DNA from: Nitrospinales bacterium
GTDB lineage: Bacteria; Nitrospinota; Nitrospinia; Nitrospinales; VA-1
Direction: 5' to 3'
Assembly: GCA_965223795.1 (NCBI GenBank)
Contig: CBDCXL010000002.1
Coordinates: forward strand, 2,304,001 to 2,368,000
Length of the DNA stretch: 64,000 bases
The notes under the pieces were generated by a model, which ran no database searches, was not told where the DNA came from, and saw nothing but the letters and a program-made list of their open reading frames with translations. Within the stretch, counting starts at the first letter, position 1. The number at the start of each line of letters is the position of its first letter. Below, in pieces: positions 9,362 to 19,894 of this stretch. The position numbers and the translations under genes were made by a program.

Positions 9362-9653
9362 GATCGCGGACCCACTCCCTGTTCGGTGAATCGGTGACGA
9401 GAAGCTATTCTTATAATGGAATTTAAGTGCAAAATCCAATATTTTTAGGCCCTCTGAGCCTATAAGGATGCGGAATCGCTGGCAATGGATTCGAGATCCC
9501 GAAAAAGAAGGGATTGTCAGGAAACAGGGTGTGGTGGTGTGATGCTGCGGGATGAAATTACGGTTTCTGTGACTTGGGAGGTGGCGGTGCGTTGCTAAAG
9601 GGGAAACGCTGTGGCGGTTGCTGCAAATGCTTCAGGAAATGGGGCGGGGGGTT

Positions 9654-10724
9654 TTACTTCTGTTTTTCGTCTTCGGGGGTCTCGGTGTCGTCGCCGCTGT
9701 CTTCCAGCTCCAGATCGTCGATGGCGAGATCGGGTTCGCCCAGATCGTCCATCTCGGCGGTCAGTTCGTTGTCGAGCAGGTCCTCTTCGGATTCCCCGTC
9801 GAAGCTCAGGTCTTCCAGCTCCAGTGAGGGGTCCAGTTCGAGATCGCCTTCATCCAGCTCGAGGTCCGGCTGCAGGTCCATGTCGGCGCCGGTTTCTTCC
9901 GGCTCGTCGATGGTGAGATCCGTGTCCAGTTCGATTTCGTCGACGGCGATGGCACTGTCTTCCACTTCGACGGCGGTGTCATCCAGATCGCCGGTGTCCA
10001 CGGCGACTTCTTCGTCCTCATCGAGGGAAATCTCGTCCATGGCGATTTCGCCGCTGTCCAGATCGTCCATCAATTCGATCCCGGTATCCGGTTCCTCCGT
10101 CTTGACGGCGATTTCTCCGGTTTCATCGACCTCTTCGACGGCTTCAGAATGCGGCTCTATTTCGGTTTCGGTGATTTCGGCGGTTTCCGGCTCGGATTCG
10201 GCGATTTCCGCGGCGGCTTCGGTGTCCACCAGCTCCGCCTCATCGGCGATTTCGGTCACGGCCTCGGCGGGGGCGTCCTCCATCGGAACGAATCCCAGGC
10301 CTTCCACTTCGATTTCATTCAAGGAATATTCATCGGAATCGGCTGCAGGAGCGAAGGAACCCATTCCATACGGTGTTTCCATCATGGAAGCGGATTCGAA
10401 GGCAACCGCGTCGGAAAGGTCCAGCTCAAACACGCCTTCGTCCTCATCCATGAATTCAGCAGCGAACCCTTCGGATGCGGGCGAGGAGTCGAACAGACTC
10501 GGGTCCATACCGCCCAGGGATTCCTGACCGGCCATGTTTTGCTCGGAAGCCGCCTCAGCGGTCGCAACAGCCGCTTCCGCCCCGGCTGCGGCGAATATGG
10601 TGAACATATTCTCGGCATCGAGGTCGTGGGCGCCATTGGATGCGTGCTTCTTGAAGTTGAAGCCGCAATTGCCGCATTTGGGGACCGTTTTGAATACGAT
10701 GTAACCACATTTCGAACATTGCAT
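9654..10724 (-). CDS. Zinc-ribbon protein with a very long acidic low-complexity tail
   Basis: N-terminal CSKC...CGNC, then more than 300 aa dominated by D/E/A/L. Alternative start at 10742. Confidence 0.75.
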   Translation of the reverse strand: MQCSKCGYIVFKTVPKCGNCGFNFKKHASNGAHDLDAENMFTIFAAAGAEAAVATAEAASEQNMAGQESLGGMDPSLFDSSPASEGFAAEFMDEDEGVFELDLSDAVAFESASMMETPYGMGSFAPAADSDEYSLNEIEVEGLGFVPMEDAPAEAVTEIADEAELVDTEAAAEIAESEPETAEITETEIEPHSEAVEEVDETGEIAVKTEEPDTGIELMDDLDSGEIAMDEISLDEDEEVAVDTGDLDDTAVEVEDSAIAVDEIELDTDLTIDEPEETGADMDLQPDLELDEGDLELDPSLELEDLSFDGESEEDLLDNELTAEMDDLGEPDLAIDDLELEDSGDDTETPEDEKQK

Positions 10725-11144
10725 AGTTCCAACATAAGACATAAATCAAATAAGGTCAAGAAAATTAGATAATTAGGGGTGAATTTATGTGTAATTAATT
10801 GGCCGGAGCGCAAACCCGTGGGCTGAGAATCGTTGTCAAACCACAGGTTATTCCGCGGGCGGACCGGTGCGCATTTTATGTCTCCGGTTCTGTTTTTCTC
10901 TGCCTGAAGCTGTCTGGAAACGAGAAAGAAAAGGGAACGAAGGAGCCGGAAATGCTTGTTGGGCGCGGATGTGAGGATGCCCTGGTTTTCGGTTCCATAA
11001 ATGGCAGGATAATGTTTGACGGGCTTTTTTAATTTGGATAGAATCTGTTGGTTCCAGTAAAGGTTCAGGGTTTTTAGCTACCCGTAAACAGGCTTTGGCG
11101 GCCGTTCTTGACGCACTTTTTTGGCATGTCCCGGCGGGGATTGG

Positions 11145-11783
11145 ATGCGAGTCGGAAACCTCATTCAATGGATGCAAATGAAACTCGGGGGGCTGGTGTT
11201 TCCCCTGATGGAGCCGGTTTACCGAGGCATGGAAAACCGCGATCCGACGGTCAAAAAGCATTTCAGCCAGGCGGTGCAAAGCCTGCAGCAAAAACGCACT
11301 CCTATCGCGCTGCTCAACCTCAACATGGTGTTGAGCATCAAACCCGACCATTTCCTCGCCCGGGTGTACCGGGGCCGGATCTACATCCGCGACGGCCGTT
11401 ACCGCCTCGCCTCGGAAGATTTTCTGCAGGCCAACAAGATCAGCCATTTCCGCTTCACGCATTATGATCTGAGCCATGAGTATTTCAGTTCAGTCAAGAA
11501 GGAGTTCGGTGAACTGGGAGCCTCGATCTCGAAAAACTTCGACCAGATTTTCGAAGCGCTCAAATCGTCGAACCCGGAACGGGGAGGCGATCCTGACGGC
11601 ATCGATCAGATCATGGACGCGCTGCCGCCTTTGGAAGAGGAGGGAAAATCGAACGCCGAGCTTTTGGAGTGCGAGACGATGGACCCATCCGAATCTCTTA
11701 AATTCAAGAATTTAGGCCCTATTACCCAGAATGAGATTGAAGAAACCGACTGGGACAAACTGATCAAGGAATTGACCTCTTAA
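11145..11783 (+). CDS. TPR-like hypothetical protein
   Basis: TPR-like segment KPDHFLARVYRGRIY...A.EDF..A. Confidence 0.7.
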   Translation: MRVGNLIQWMQMKLGGLVFPLMEPVYRGMENRDPTVKKHFSQAVQSLQQKRTPIALLNLNMVLSIKPDHFLARVYRGRIYIRDGRYRLASEDFLQANKISHFRFTHYDLSHEYFSSVKKEFGELGASISKNFDQIFEALKSSNPERGGDPDGIDQIMDALPPLEEEGKSNAELLECETMDPSESLKFKNLGPITQNEIEETDWDKLIKELTS

Positions 11784-12042
11784 GCCTTCCCGCCGCCGTT
11801 TTCGCCCCCCTTTCTGCATCCGGACACCCCCTTACATCCTTTTTTTAGAGATTCCCAATACCCACTGGACTCTGAAAAACCTGCATTGTGATTGATTTTA
11901 AAGGGGTTTTTCGGTAGACTGGTATTTGTCATTACTTGTAAATATATTCATCCGTCCATGCCCATGCCCCATTCGGCAGCATGGAAAAGGGACCCCCGGT
12001 CCGCTGCCTCATGGGGCCGGACCTGGAAGGACGCCGAATCGT

Positions 12043-12399
12043 ATGCCGCGATTGAAGACAGAGCTATTGCAAGCCGGAATGGTCATCACCGAAGATGTTT
12101 TCGCGGAAGACGGCCGCAAACTGCTGCCACGAGGGACTCTGTTGAACGAGGGGCATGTCAAGAGCCTCAAGTCCTGGGGCATCGAAGAAGTCTCAGTGGG
12201 CAAGGAAGAGAGCACGGAAGCGCTGAACGCCATTTCCAGTGAAATCGATCCTGAGCAGTGGAAGGTGATCCGGAAGCAGGTGGAGGCTCTGTTTTCCCGT
12301 TCCAATACGGAGTCCTCGATCGTCCAGGAGATGATGCGTCTTTGCGGCGTGAACAAGTACAACAGCGATAAGAAAGTGAAATCCGACAATGGTTCATAG
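12043..12399 (+). CDS. Hypothetical protein resembling the N-terminal module of HD-GYP/HDOD-associated proteins
   Basis: LQAGMVITEDV...GRKLLPRGTLL...LKSWGI motif. Overlaps the start of the HDOD gene. Confidence 0.75.
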   Translation: MPRLKTELLQAGMVITEDVFAEDGRKLLPRGTLLNEGHVKSLKSWGIEEVSVGKEESTEALNAISSEIDPEQWKVIRKQVEALFSRSNTESSIVQEMMRLCGVNKYNSDKKVKSDNGS

Positions 12400-13238
12400 C
12401 CCGGAGGCAATGCTGTCGGGATCGATCCGGCTGTCGTCGCTGCCTCAAATTTACACGAAGATCAACAACGCCATCAACGATCCGGAATGTTCGTTCGGCG
12501 ATGTCGCGGAAATCATCAGCAACGACACGTCCTTGTCCGGGCGGCTGCTGAAGATCGTGAACAGCTCCTTTTACAATTTTCCTTCCAAAATCGGAACCAT
12601 CGCGCATGCGGTGTCCATCGTGGGCACGCAGCAGCTCCGCGATCTCGCTCTGGCGACCTCGGTCATCAGCGCCTTTAAGGGAATACCTGAAGAACATGTC
12701 TCCATGGAGTCGTTCTGGAAGCACAGTGTGAGCAGTGCCGTGGCCGCCTGGGTGGTGGCCATCCATTGCCGCGAAACCAGCGCGGAACGCTATTACCTTG
12801 CAGGGATCCTGCACGACATCGGCCGGCTGGTGATTTATCGAAAACCATCCCGAAATTGCGCAGGAACTCATGCAGCGGTACCGCTCCGGCAAGCAGAACC
12901 TGTACGAGGTGGAACGGCAGATGCTGGGCTTCGATCACGGCGAAGTGGGAGCCGCGCTGCTGGCGGAATGGAAACTGCCGGAATACCTGCAGGAAATCGT
13001 CGCCAACCACCATCAACCGCTGGAATCGAAGCGGTTCCCGTTTGAGACCGCGGTGCTGAGCCTGGCGGATTTCATCACCAAATCGATGGAGCTGGGACAC
13101 AGCGGGGACCGGTATGTGCCGCCCCTGGATGCCCGGATCTGGAAAAAAGTCGGTCTGCAGGAAAGTTCTCTTACTTCCATCTGGGACCAGGTGCAGAAAA
13201 AATACGCGAGCACGATCGAAATATTCATTTCCAGTTAA
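12389..13238 (+). pseudogene. HDOD domain protein with a +1 frameshift near 12833-12839 (pseudogene or sequencing error)
   Basis: LSSLP, LLKIVNSSFY, FWKHS, LHDIG in the first frame; ENHPEI...GFDHGEVGAALLAEWKLP..HHQP continues in the next frame. Confidence 0.85.
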
Positions 13239-13259
13239 ACCGTAATCGAACAGCCGGCC

Positions 13260-14612
13260 ATGAACGACAATGAGATCATCAGATTGAAGGCTCGGGTCGA
13301 ATACCTTGAAAGGGCGAACAGCTGGTATTTTTTCGCTCTGGAGCGGCTGACTTCCTTCGGGGATCTCCACAAGGACGTGCAGCAGTTCCGCGAGTCGGGA
13401 TACCTGTTCGCCAACGCGGAAAAATACCTCAAACAGCTGATCGGATTCCACACGCTCGCCTTTTTCGAGGTGGACGAGCGGTCCAGCCAGTTCGTCCTCA
13501 AAGACTGCCATCCCGAATCGGACCTGGACAAGATCCAGAAGGTCACCGACGAACAGATCGAGAACGGCAGTTTTGCGTGGGCGCTGAAAAAAAACCGCCC
13601 TCTGATCGTGGAAGGCGAAACCCCGGACGATCATTTCATCTTTCACGCGCTGGCGACCAAATCCCGGGTGCGGGGGATGTTCTGCGGCTGGTTGAACCAG
13701 AAAGCCAACAAAATTCCCGTCGAGCACCTCAACCTGATCTCCGTCATCCTTTCCTTCACCGCCTACGCAGTGGAAAGCGGCACGCTGTATAAAATCGTGT
13801 CCCGCCAGAACCTCAACCTGGAAGAGATGGTCGCGAAACGGACCCTCAAGCTGGAAACCCAGGCGCAGGAATTGAAAAAGGAAATCGGCGAACGTAAAAA
13901 GGTGGCCGAGGAACTCAATCGCAGCAATCAGGATCTGCAGGATTTTGCCTCCATCGCCTCGCACGATCTGCAGGAGCCGCTGCGCAAGGTGATCATCTTC
14001 GGCGACCGCCTGAAGGAAAAGTTTGCCGGTAAAATGGATGAATCGGCGCTCAACTATCTGGAACGGATGATCAGCGCCTCGGCTCGCATGCAGAACCTGA
14101 TCGACGAGCTGTTGTCCTTTTCACGGGTGAGCACCAAGGCCAAACCGTTCGAATCCACCGATCTGAATAAAGTGGTGGACGGGGTGCTGACGGATCTCGA
14201 CAGCCGCATCGCCAAATCGAAAGCCAAAATCGAACTGGACGGCCTGCCGACGATCGACGCCGATCCGGTGCAGATGCAGCAGCTGTTTCAGAACCTGGTG
14301 GGCAATGCGCTCAAGTTCTGCCGCGAAGGGGTGGCGCCGGTGGTGTCTATCGGTGGAAATTTAAATGGAGGCGGGACCTGCGAGATCCGGGTTCAGGACA
14401 ACGGGATCGGCCTGGATAAGAAATATGTGGACCGCATCTTCAAACCCTTCGAGCGTCTGCACGGCCGCAGCGAGTTCGAGGGCACGGGGATGGGGCTCGC
14501 CATCTGCCAGAAAATCGTCAAGCGTCACCGCGGAACCATCGAGGTGGAAAGTACGGACAACAAGGGCTGCACGTTCATCATCCACCTTCCCGCAAAGCAG
14601 GTCCCTGCCTGA
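13260..14612 (+). CDS. Cytoplasmic sensor histidine kinase (GAF-like, HisKA, HATPase)
   Basis: H-box ASHDLQEPLR, NLVGNALKF, DNGIG, FKPFERL, GTGMGL. Confidence 0.92.
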   Translation: MNDNEIIRLKARVEYLERANSWYFFALERLTSFGDLHKDVQQFRESGYLFANAEKYLKQLIGFHTLAFFEVDERSSQFVLKDCHPESDLDKIQKVTDEQIENGSFAWALKKNRPLIVEGETPDDHFIFHALATKSRVRGMFCGWLNQKANKIPVEHLNLISVILSFTAYAVESGTLYKIVSRQNLNLEEMVAKRTLKLETQAQELKKEIGERKKVAEELNRSNQDLQDFASIASHDLQEPLRKVIIFGDRLKEKFAGKMDESALNYLERMISASARMQNLIDELLSFSRVSTKAKPFESTDLNKVVDGVLTDLDSRIAKSKAKIELDGLPTIDADPVQMQQLFQNLVGNALKFCREGVAPVVSIGGNLNGGGTCEIRVQDNGIGLDKKYVDRIFKPFERLHGRSEFEGTGMGLAICQKIVKRHRGTIEVESTDNKGCTFIIHLPAKQVPA

Positions 14613-14691
14613 TCGCGGCTCACGCGAACACTCCGCCGCGCAGCGGACCCTCCCGCACCATATAAAGACCTGGCTTCCGGCCAGAAGCCCT

Positions 14692-15165
14692 TCATCCCAG
14701 GCACAATCCATCCACTTTGTTGTTTTCCTCTCCGGAACCTTCGGGAATGCTGTTTTTCGAATCGACGGTTATGGTGAACACGCAGCGAACGAAGCAGGCG
14801 TCCTCGGGCAGGCTGACATCCAGCTCGATGCCGTTGTCTCCGACGGGAGGCGTTTCGAGGTGATAGCGTGTGTACTTTCCCTGGCTGAACAGCACGACAG
14901 ATGTGGTGGAGATCTGCGAGGTGGGCGGTCCCAGGTTTTTCAGCAGTATCTTGAGCTTCGGCCCTTCGACCCGGCAGAAGCCTTCCGGCCCTGGCATGTC
15001 GCGGCCGTCGGGCCCTTTCATGCGGACGGGAACCAGATCCGGCACGCTGGACACGGCCGGCTCGGGGTCGATGTCATCCGGGACGGGTGGTGTCTGCGCA
15101 CAAGCGGCGAAAAGCACAAGCAGCCCGATCCTGAGGAAGCGGTTTTTGCAATGAATCGGTTTCAT
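14692..15165 (-). CDS. Lipoprotein with a CARDB/Ig-like domain
   Basis: Lipobox LFAAC; PDLV...KNLG...VDSKNSIPE..EENN. Confidence 0.7.
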   Translation of the reverse strand: MKPIHCKNRFLRIGLLVLFAACAQTPPVPDDIDPEPAVSSVPDLVPVRMKGPDGRDMPGPEGFCRVEGPKLKILLKNLGPPTSQISTTSVVLFSQGKYTRYHLETPPVGDNGIELDVSLPEDACFVRCVFTITVDSKNSIPEGSGEENNKVDGLCLG

Positions 15166-15474
15166 GGCCAAGACCTGGTGAATGCAAAACGCAGCGCACA
15201 GACAATCGAAAGTGTTTCGGGTTATCCGAAGCAGGAATCCGATCGGGCGCGTTTTTTCGCGCTTCCATTATCGCTGTTTCGCGCTGGATTTTGAATCCCC
15301 CGATCGGGGTAGAAATTCTTATAATAATATAGACCTTTAAGAAAACCGCCTGTTGCGAATCGTTCCGTGTGGCGGCGAAAGCTGGAATATTGGATCCCCG
15401 CCGGAGGTCTTAATATAGAGTGCGAGGTTGAGCCTGGTTCGCTCCCGTTGCAACCGTTTACTTCGAGGCAAACT

Positions 15475-15837
15475 ATGATTCCGCTCAAAGAGTTCATGAC
15501 TTCCCCGGTGGTGCACGTGGATTCTCAAACCACGGTGGAAGCCGCCGCCGCACAGATGGCTGAAAAAAAGATCAGTTCGCTTTTGGTGAAGGAAGGCGAG
15601 GATATGGTGGGCATCGTCACCAAGACGGACATGGTGAGCAAGGTCCTCGCCCAGGGAAAGGACGGCCGCACGATGACGGTCGCGGACATCATGTCCCAGC
15701 CCATTAAAAGCCTGGATGCGTACGTGTTCCGCAGCGAAGCCAATGAGTTCATGCTGCGAAACCGGATCCATCACCTGGTGGTCACGCAGGGCAAACAGGT
15801 CGTCGGCATCCTCACCCGCAAGGACATGATTGCCTGA
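15475..15837 (+). CDS. CBS domain pair protein
   Basis: FMTSPV...VGIVTKTD and IMSQP...VGILTRKD. GAGG RBS before ATG at 15475. Confidence 0.9.
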   Translation: MIPLKEFMTSPVVHVDSQTTVEAAAAQMAEKKISSLLVKEGEDMVGIVTKTDMVSKVLAQGKDGRTMTVADIMSQPIKSLDAYVFRSEANEFMLRNRIHHLVVTQGKQVVGILTRKDMIA

Positions 15838-15854
15838 GTGCCTTGTGATATTCA

Positions 15855-15890
15855 GGGACCCCGCCTCTTTCCAACAGGGCGGGGTTTTCC
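15855..15890 (+). terminator. Probable intrinsic terminator after the CBS gene
   Basis: ACCCCGCC...GGCGGGGTTTT hairpin. Confidence 0.55.
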
Positions 15891-16017
15891 GCATTCCTCT
15901 GCTTTCCACGACTCCCTGTTACAATCTGAAACAATTCGTTACGCTGGCGAAAGGAACCTTTCTGCTGCAAGAGCTAGGATGGGGGCATTGAAACCCGATC
16001 CAGGAAAGGAGTCCAAA

Positions 16018-16473
16018 ATGGAAATCACAGGAAAACTCATCGCTCTCTCCGCCATCGGTCTGTTGCTCATGGGCGCGGTCACTGCCTGCGGCAAAGGCCA
16101 TTTCCGCCTGAGCCCGGAAAAACGCGCCCAGTATTTCGTCGAGCACGTCACCGAGGAGTTGAAGCTCACGGAACCGCAGGTGGCCAAGTTGAACGGGGTC
16201 AAGGACGAACTGCTCGCGGCCCGGCGGCACATGGTGGCGCAGCGTCAGTCCGCACAGGAAACGGTCCTGGAAATGCTCGAGCAGCCGACGATGAACCGTG
16301 AGCGTGTTCTTTCACTGGTTCAGCAGCGCACGCAGGAGGTGAACGACAAGGCGCCCCAGATCGTGGCGGCGCTGGGTGACTTCTACGACGCGCTGAGTCC
16401 CGAGCAGCGGCAGAAACTGCGGGATGAGGTCAAGGAACACATGGAGCACCGCAGGCACCGTTGGAGCCATTGA
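16018..16473 (+). CDS. Spy/CpxP-family periplasmic lipoprotein
   Basis: Lipobox VTAC; LTEPQ and LSPEQ (LTxxQ) motifs. AAAGGAG RBS. Upstream of an RR/HK pair. Confidence 0.85.
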   Translation: MEITGKLIALSAIGLLLMGAVTACGKGHFRLSPEKRAQYFVEHVTEELKLTEPQVAKLNGVKDELLAARRHMVAQRQSAQETVLEMLEQPTMNRERVLSLVQQRTQEVNDKAPQIVAALGDFYDALSPEQRQKLRDEVKEHMEHRRHRWSH

Positions 16474-16567
16474 AAGCGGACGCCCGCGCCGTATGCCGTT
16501 CGGTGCGGCGCGGGCGCTGTGGTATAAGTGAATTCGTGGACGCAATGTCAACGCATCGAATCGAACC

Positions 16568-17236
16568 ATGGCGCGCATATTTCTCATCGACGACGACGAA
16601 CGGCTGGCGGAGCTTCTGGGGCAGTATTTCGAACGGTTCGATCTCACTCTGGAGAGCGCCGCCCACCCCAGCGAAGGGCTTTCACGGCTCGATGAAGGCG
16701 GCGTCGATCTGGTGGTGCTCGACGTCATGCTGCCGGAGATGGACGGCTTCGAAGTGTGCAAGGCGATCCGTAAAAAGAGCGACGTGCCCATCATCATGCT
16801 GACGGCGCGGGGGGACGTGATGGACCGCGTTGTGGGCATCGAGCTGGGCGCCGACGACTACCTGCCCAAGCCGTTCGAGCCGCGCGAGCTGGTGGCGCGC
16901 ATCCACACGATCCTCAAGCGGACCGGGACCCACCGCGAAGGCGTGCTTCGTTTCGATGCGCTGACGGTGGATACCCAGCGCCGGCAGGCGGCGCTCGACG
17001 GCAAAGAGCTGGCGCTGACGTCCATGGAGTATCAGCTTCTGGAACTTTTGGCGCGCAACGCGGGCAAGACGCACACCCGCGATAAAATTCTCAATCATTT
17101 GCAGGGCGTCGAGGCGGACGTGTATTCCCGCTCGGTGGACATCCTGATCAGCCGGCTCAGGCAGAAACTCAAGCCGCTGAACATCATCCACACCGTGCGC
17201 GGCAGCGGTTACTGCTTTGCGGGAAAGAGCCGATGA
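16568..17236 (+). CDS. OmpR-family response regulator
   Basis: IDDD, DVMLP, GADDYLPKPF and winged helix RSVDILISRLRQKL..TVRGSGY. Confidence 0.95.
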   Translation: MARIFLIDDDERLAELLGQYFERFDLTLESAAHPSEGLSRLDEGGVDLVVLDVMLPEMDGFEVCKAIRKKSDVPIIMLTARGDVMDRVVGIELGADDYLPKPFEPRELVARIHTILKRTGTHREGVLRFDALTVDTQRRQAALDGKELALTSMEYQLLELLARNAGKTHTRDKILNHLQGVEADVYSRSVDILISRLRQKLKPLNIIHTVRGSGYCFAGKSR

Positions 17237-18552
17237 GATCGTTCTTCAAACGCAAACGCCATTCGCTCACGACCCGCCTGGTGTTTCTGTTCGTCGTCAT
17301 GGCGGTGCTGTTTCTCATCCTGGTGGGATCGTCGCTGCGCTGGGCCTTCCGCGCGAACTTTCAGGAAAGCATTCGTCCACATCTGTTCCGTTACATGGAG
17401 TACATCCAGAAGGATCTGGGATCGCCGCCGGAGATCGCGAAAGCCGAAGCGATCGTGAACCAGCTGCCGGTGGAGATCCACATCTTCGGGCCGGAAGGAT
17501 CCTGGTCTTCGACGGGAGAGCCGCTCAAGCTGGAAGACGTGCACTATCACAGGCGGTTTACCGAGAACGGTGCGGACTATGCGTTCGGCAGGTTCTCGGG
17601 AAAAGAATATCTGATCAACTGGCGTTCCGATCACACGCTGGCGTTTTCCGTGCCGCACGCGCGCGGATCCTGGCACTGGCGCAAGGCGTTCCCGCTGGCG
17701 ATCCTGCTGGTCATGCTGGTGGTCCTGTATTACTACACGCGCCGCATCTTCGCGCCCATCCAGCAGATCCGCGCTGGAGTGGAACGGATCGGCGAAGGCG
17801 AGATGGGCCACCGCATCCACCTGGAGCGCAACGACGAGCTGGGTGAGCTTGCGGGCAGCATCAACCGGATGGCGGACGACATCCAGCAGATGCTGGAAGC
17901 CAAGCGGCAGCTGCTGCTGGCGCTGAGCCACGAACTGCGCAGTCCGCTCACGCGCGTGAAGGTCGCGGTGGAGATGCTGAAAGAGGACAAGCTGCGGCAG
18001 GAGATGCACAAGGACATCGACGCCATCGATCAACTGATCGCGGAACTTTTGGAGACCGAGCGGCTGAGCAGCCGGCACCGCGCGCTCAATAAGGCGCCGA
18101 TCGACTGCGTTGCGCTGGTCAAGGAAACCCTCGATTCGTTTTTTGCGGATGCAACGATCGCGCTCGATCTGCCGGAGGAAGAAACGTTCGCCGACATCGA
18201 TGCGACACGGGTGCGGCTGCTGATCAAAAATCTCGTGGACAATGCACTGCGTCACAACCGCAAAGACGCGCCGCCGCCTAAGGTGTCGCTGAAAGAAAAA
18301 GACAGCGCCATCGAATTCGCGGTGGAGGATTTCGGGCCGGGAATCCACGCGGCGCACCTGCCGTACCTCGCCGAGCCGTTTTACCGGGTCGATCCGGCGC
18401 GGCAGCGGCAGACCGGCGGCTACGGGCTGGGGCTGTACCTGTGCCGCGTCATCGCCGAAGCGCACGGCGGAAAACTTGAAATCGCCAGCGAGAAAGATAA
18501 GGGGACCACCGTTACTGTGTGTCTTCCTGTTGAGAATAACCGAACTGAATGA
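17233..18552 (+). CDS. Membrane sensor histidine kinase with HAMP domain
   Basis: Two TM segments, HAMP (DELGELA), SHELRSP, NLVDNA, GGYGLGL. Confidence 0.93.
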   Translation: MRSFFKRKRHSLTTRLVFLFVVMAVLFLILVGSSLRWAFRANFQESIRPHLFRYMEYIQKDLGSPPEIAKAEAIVNQLPVEIHIFGPEGSWSSTGEPLKLEDVHYHRRFTENGADYAFGRFSGKEYLINWRSDHTLAFSVPHARGSWHWRKAFPLAILLVMLVVLYYYTRRIFAPIQQIRAGVERIGEGEMGHRIHLERNDELGELAGSINRMADDIQQMLEAKRQLLLALSHELRSPLTRVKVAVEMLKEDKLRQEMHKDIDAIDQLIAELLETERLSSRHRALNKAPIDCVALVKETLDSFFADATIALDLPEEETFADIDATRVRLLIKNLVDNALRHNRKDAPPPKVSLKEKDSAIEFAVEDFGPGIHAAHLPYLAEPFYRVDPARQRQTGGYGLGLYLCRVIAEAHGGKLEIASEKDKGTTVTVCLPVENNRTE

Positions 18553-19259
18553 ACGTTTACTTCAAGATAGCGTGTGGTTTCTTACTTTCTATTGTTGTTG
18601 TATTTTTCGGTTTTGCCCAAAGTGAACTCGATGAAATCAAAAGCGTCTGTTACGGGACTACCGCAAAAGGAAGGCTCGAAAACGGTATTGCACTTCCCGA
18701 TAGCGGAAAAAATTTTGTATCCTACGGCACGCTTCCGCAAATATTGGGCAGGACCTATGTACATAACAAGGTGCGTGACGTGGTATTGGAATCTTATCGA
18801 ATGCTGGAGAAGGTGCAGCCGGGAAAAATCTTCAAATATGCCGAAACCGGGTTTAAAGAAGGAGGGGCGTTCAAGCCGCACAAGACGCATCAAAACGGTT
18901 TGTCAGTGGATTTTATGGTACCCGTACTGAATGCAAAGGGTGATTCGGTGCATTTGCCCACCCACGCATTCAACAAATACGGTTATGAAATCGAGTTTGA
19001 CGACAAAGGCCAGTTTGACGAATACAGAATCGACTATGAAGCTCTGGGTGCTCACATGATGACTTTGCACCAGGCCGCAAATTCCCAGGGAATCAAAATC
19101 TGGAGAATCCTGTTCGATCCGGTATTGCAGCCTTTTTTGTATGCTTCAAAATACGGGACCTACATCCGTGATAATATTTCGATCCCTAAAAAACGCTCCT
19201 GGGTGCGTCACGATGAACACTACCATGTGGATTTCATCCTGAAATGCAAACCACTTTAA
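18549..19259 (+). CDS. MepA-like (penicillin-insensitive murein endopeptidase) metallopeptidase
   Basis: GRLENGIALP, HKTHQNGLSVDF, HDEHYHV and an N-terminal hydrophobic segment. Confidence 0.7.
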   Translation: MNVYFKIACGFLLSIVVVFFGFAQSELDEIKSVCYGTTAKGRLENGIALPDSGKNFVSYGTLPQILGRTYVHNKVRDVVLESYRMLEKVQPGKIFKYAETGFKEGGAFKPHKTHQNGLSVDFMVPVLNAKGDSVHLPTHAFNKYGYEIEFDDKGQFDEYRIDYEALGAHMMTLHQAANSQGIKIWRILFDPVLQPFLYASKYGTYIRDNISIPKKRSWVRHDEHYHVDFILKCKPL

Positions 19260-19319
19260 AACCAATAAAGTGAATCATTCCTTCTTTAGATCCGTGAGAT
19301 TTATTGGAGTATGAATTTT

Positions 19320-19535
19320 CTATTTATCCCCTTTGTATTTGAATGACAGGTGCACGCGGGCGCGGTAGGCGCTGACCTTGCCGTTCTCCACATGCATGTC
19401 CAGCTTGACGATTTCGGCGATTCTGAGATCGTCCAGGCTTTTGGCCGCCGTGTCCACCGCGTTTTTCGCAGCGTCTTCCCAGGATGTTTCACTCGTTCCC
19501 ACCAGCTCGATGATTTTGTACACGCTGTCTTTCAT
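19320..19535 (-). CDS. Dodecin family flavin-binding protein
   Basis: VYKIIELVGTSETSWEDAAKNAV...YRARVHLSFKY. Confidence 0.92.
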   Translation of the reverse strand: MKDSVYKIIELVGTSETSWEDAAKNAVDTAAKSLDDLRIAEIVKLDMHVENGKVSAYRARVHLSFKYKGDK

Positions 19536-19894
19536 GGTGCCCTCTTTCTCAATAGAGTTTCATTCAAAATGGACGCGCCGTTGTCTTTCCGGCCCTTTCT
19601 TCAACTCGTATCTGCGGCGCGAACGCCAGCGCCGACCCGCATCGTTTCCGCTGCGCCGCGGCATCGGTTATCCCTATACACTAAAGATAGTTCCGGATAC
19701 GCATCCTTCAACCTTTTCTTTTTCTGAACGCCGGTACAGAAGATAAAAAACTCAGGATTTGGTTGACTTTGTTGCTTGCGTAGGTGTCTTTTTTCTTTCA
19801 GGAAATGCGATTGACTTAATTATGGAAAGGCCTATATTGGAAGTGAGGGGAGGAGATTCATAACGCTCATCCTGTGTTGCGAAAGGAGAGAGTG

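Noticed and set aside
9200..9400. Cobalamin, c-di-GMP-I, ZTP or c-di-AMP riboswitch
   Set aside because: Only fragments match (CTGTAA, CACTGGG, GGGACGCAGAG, GGACCCAC..GGTGAATC). The required stems and loops are not in the right arrangement.
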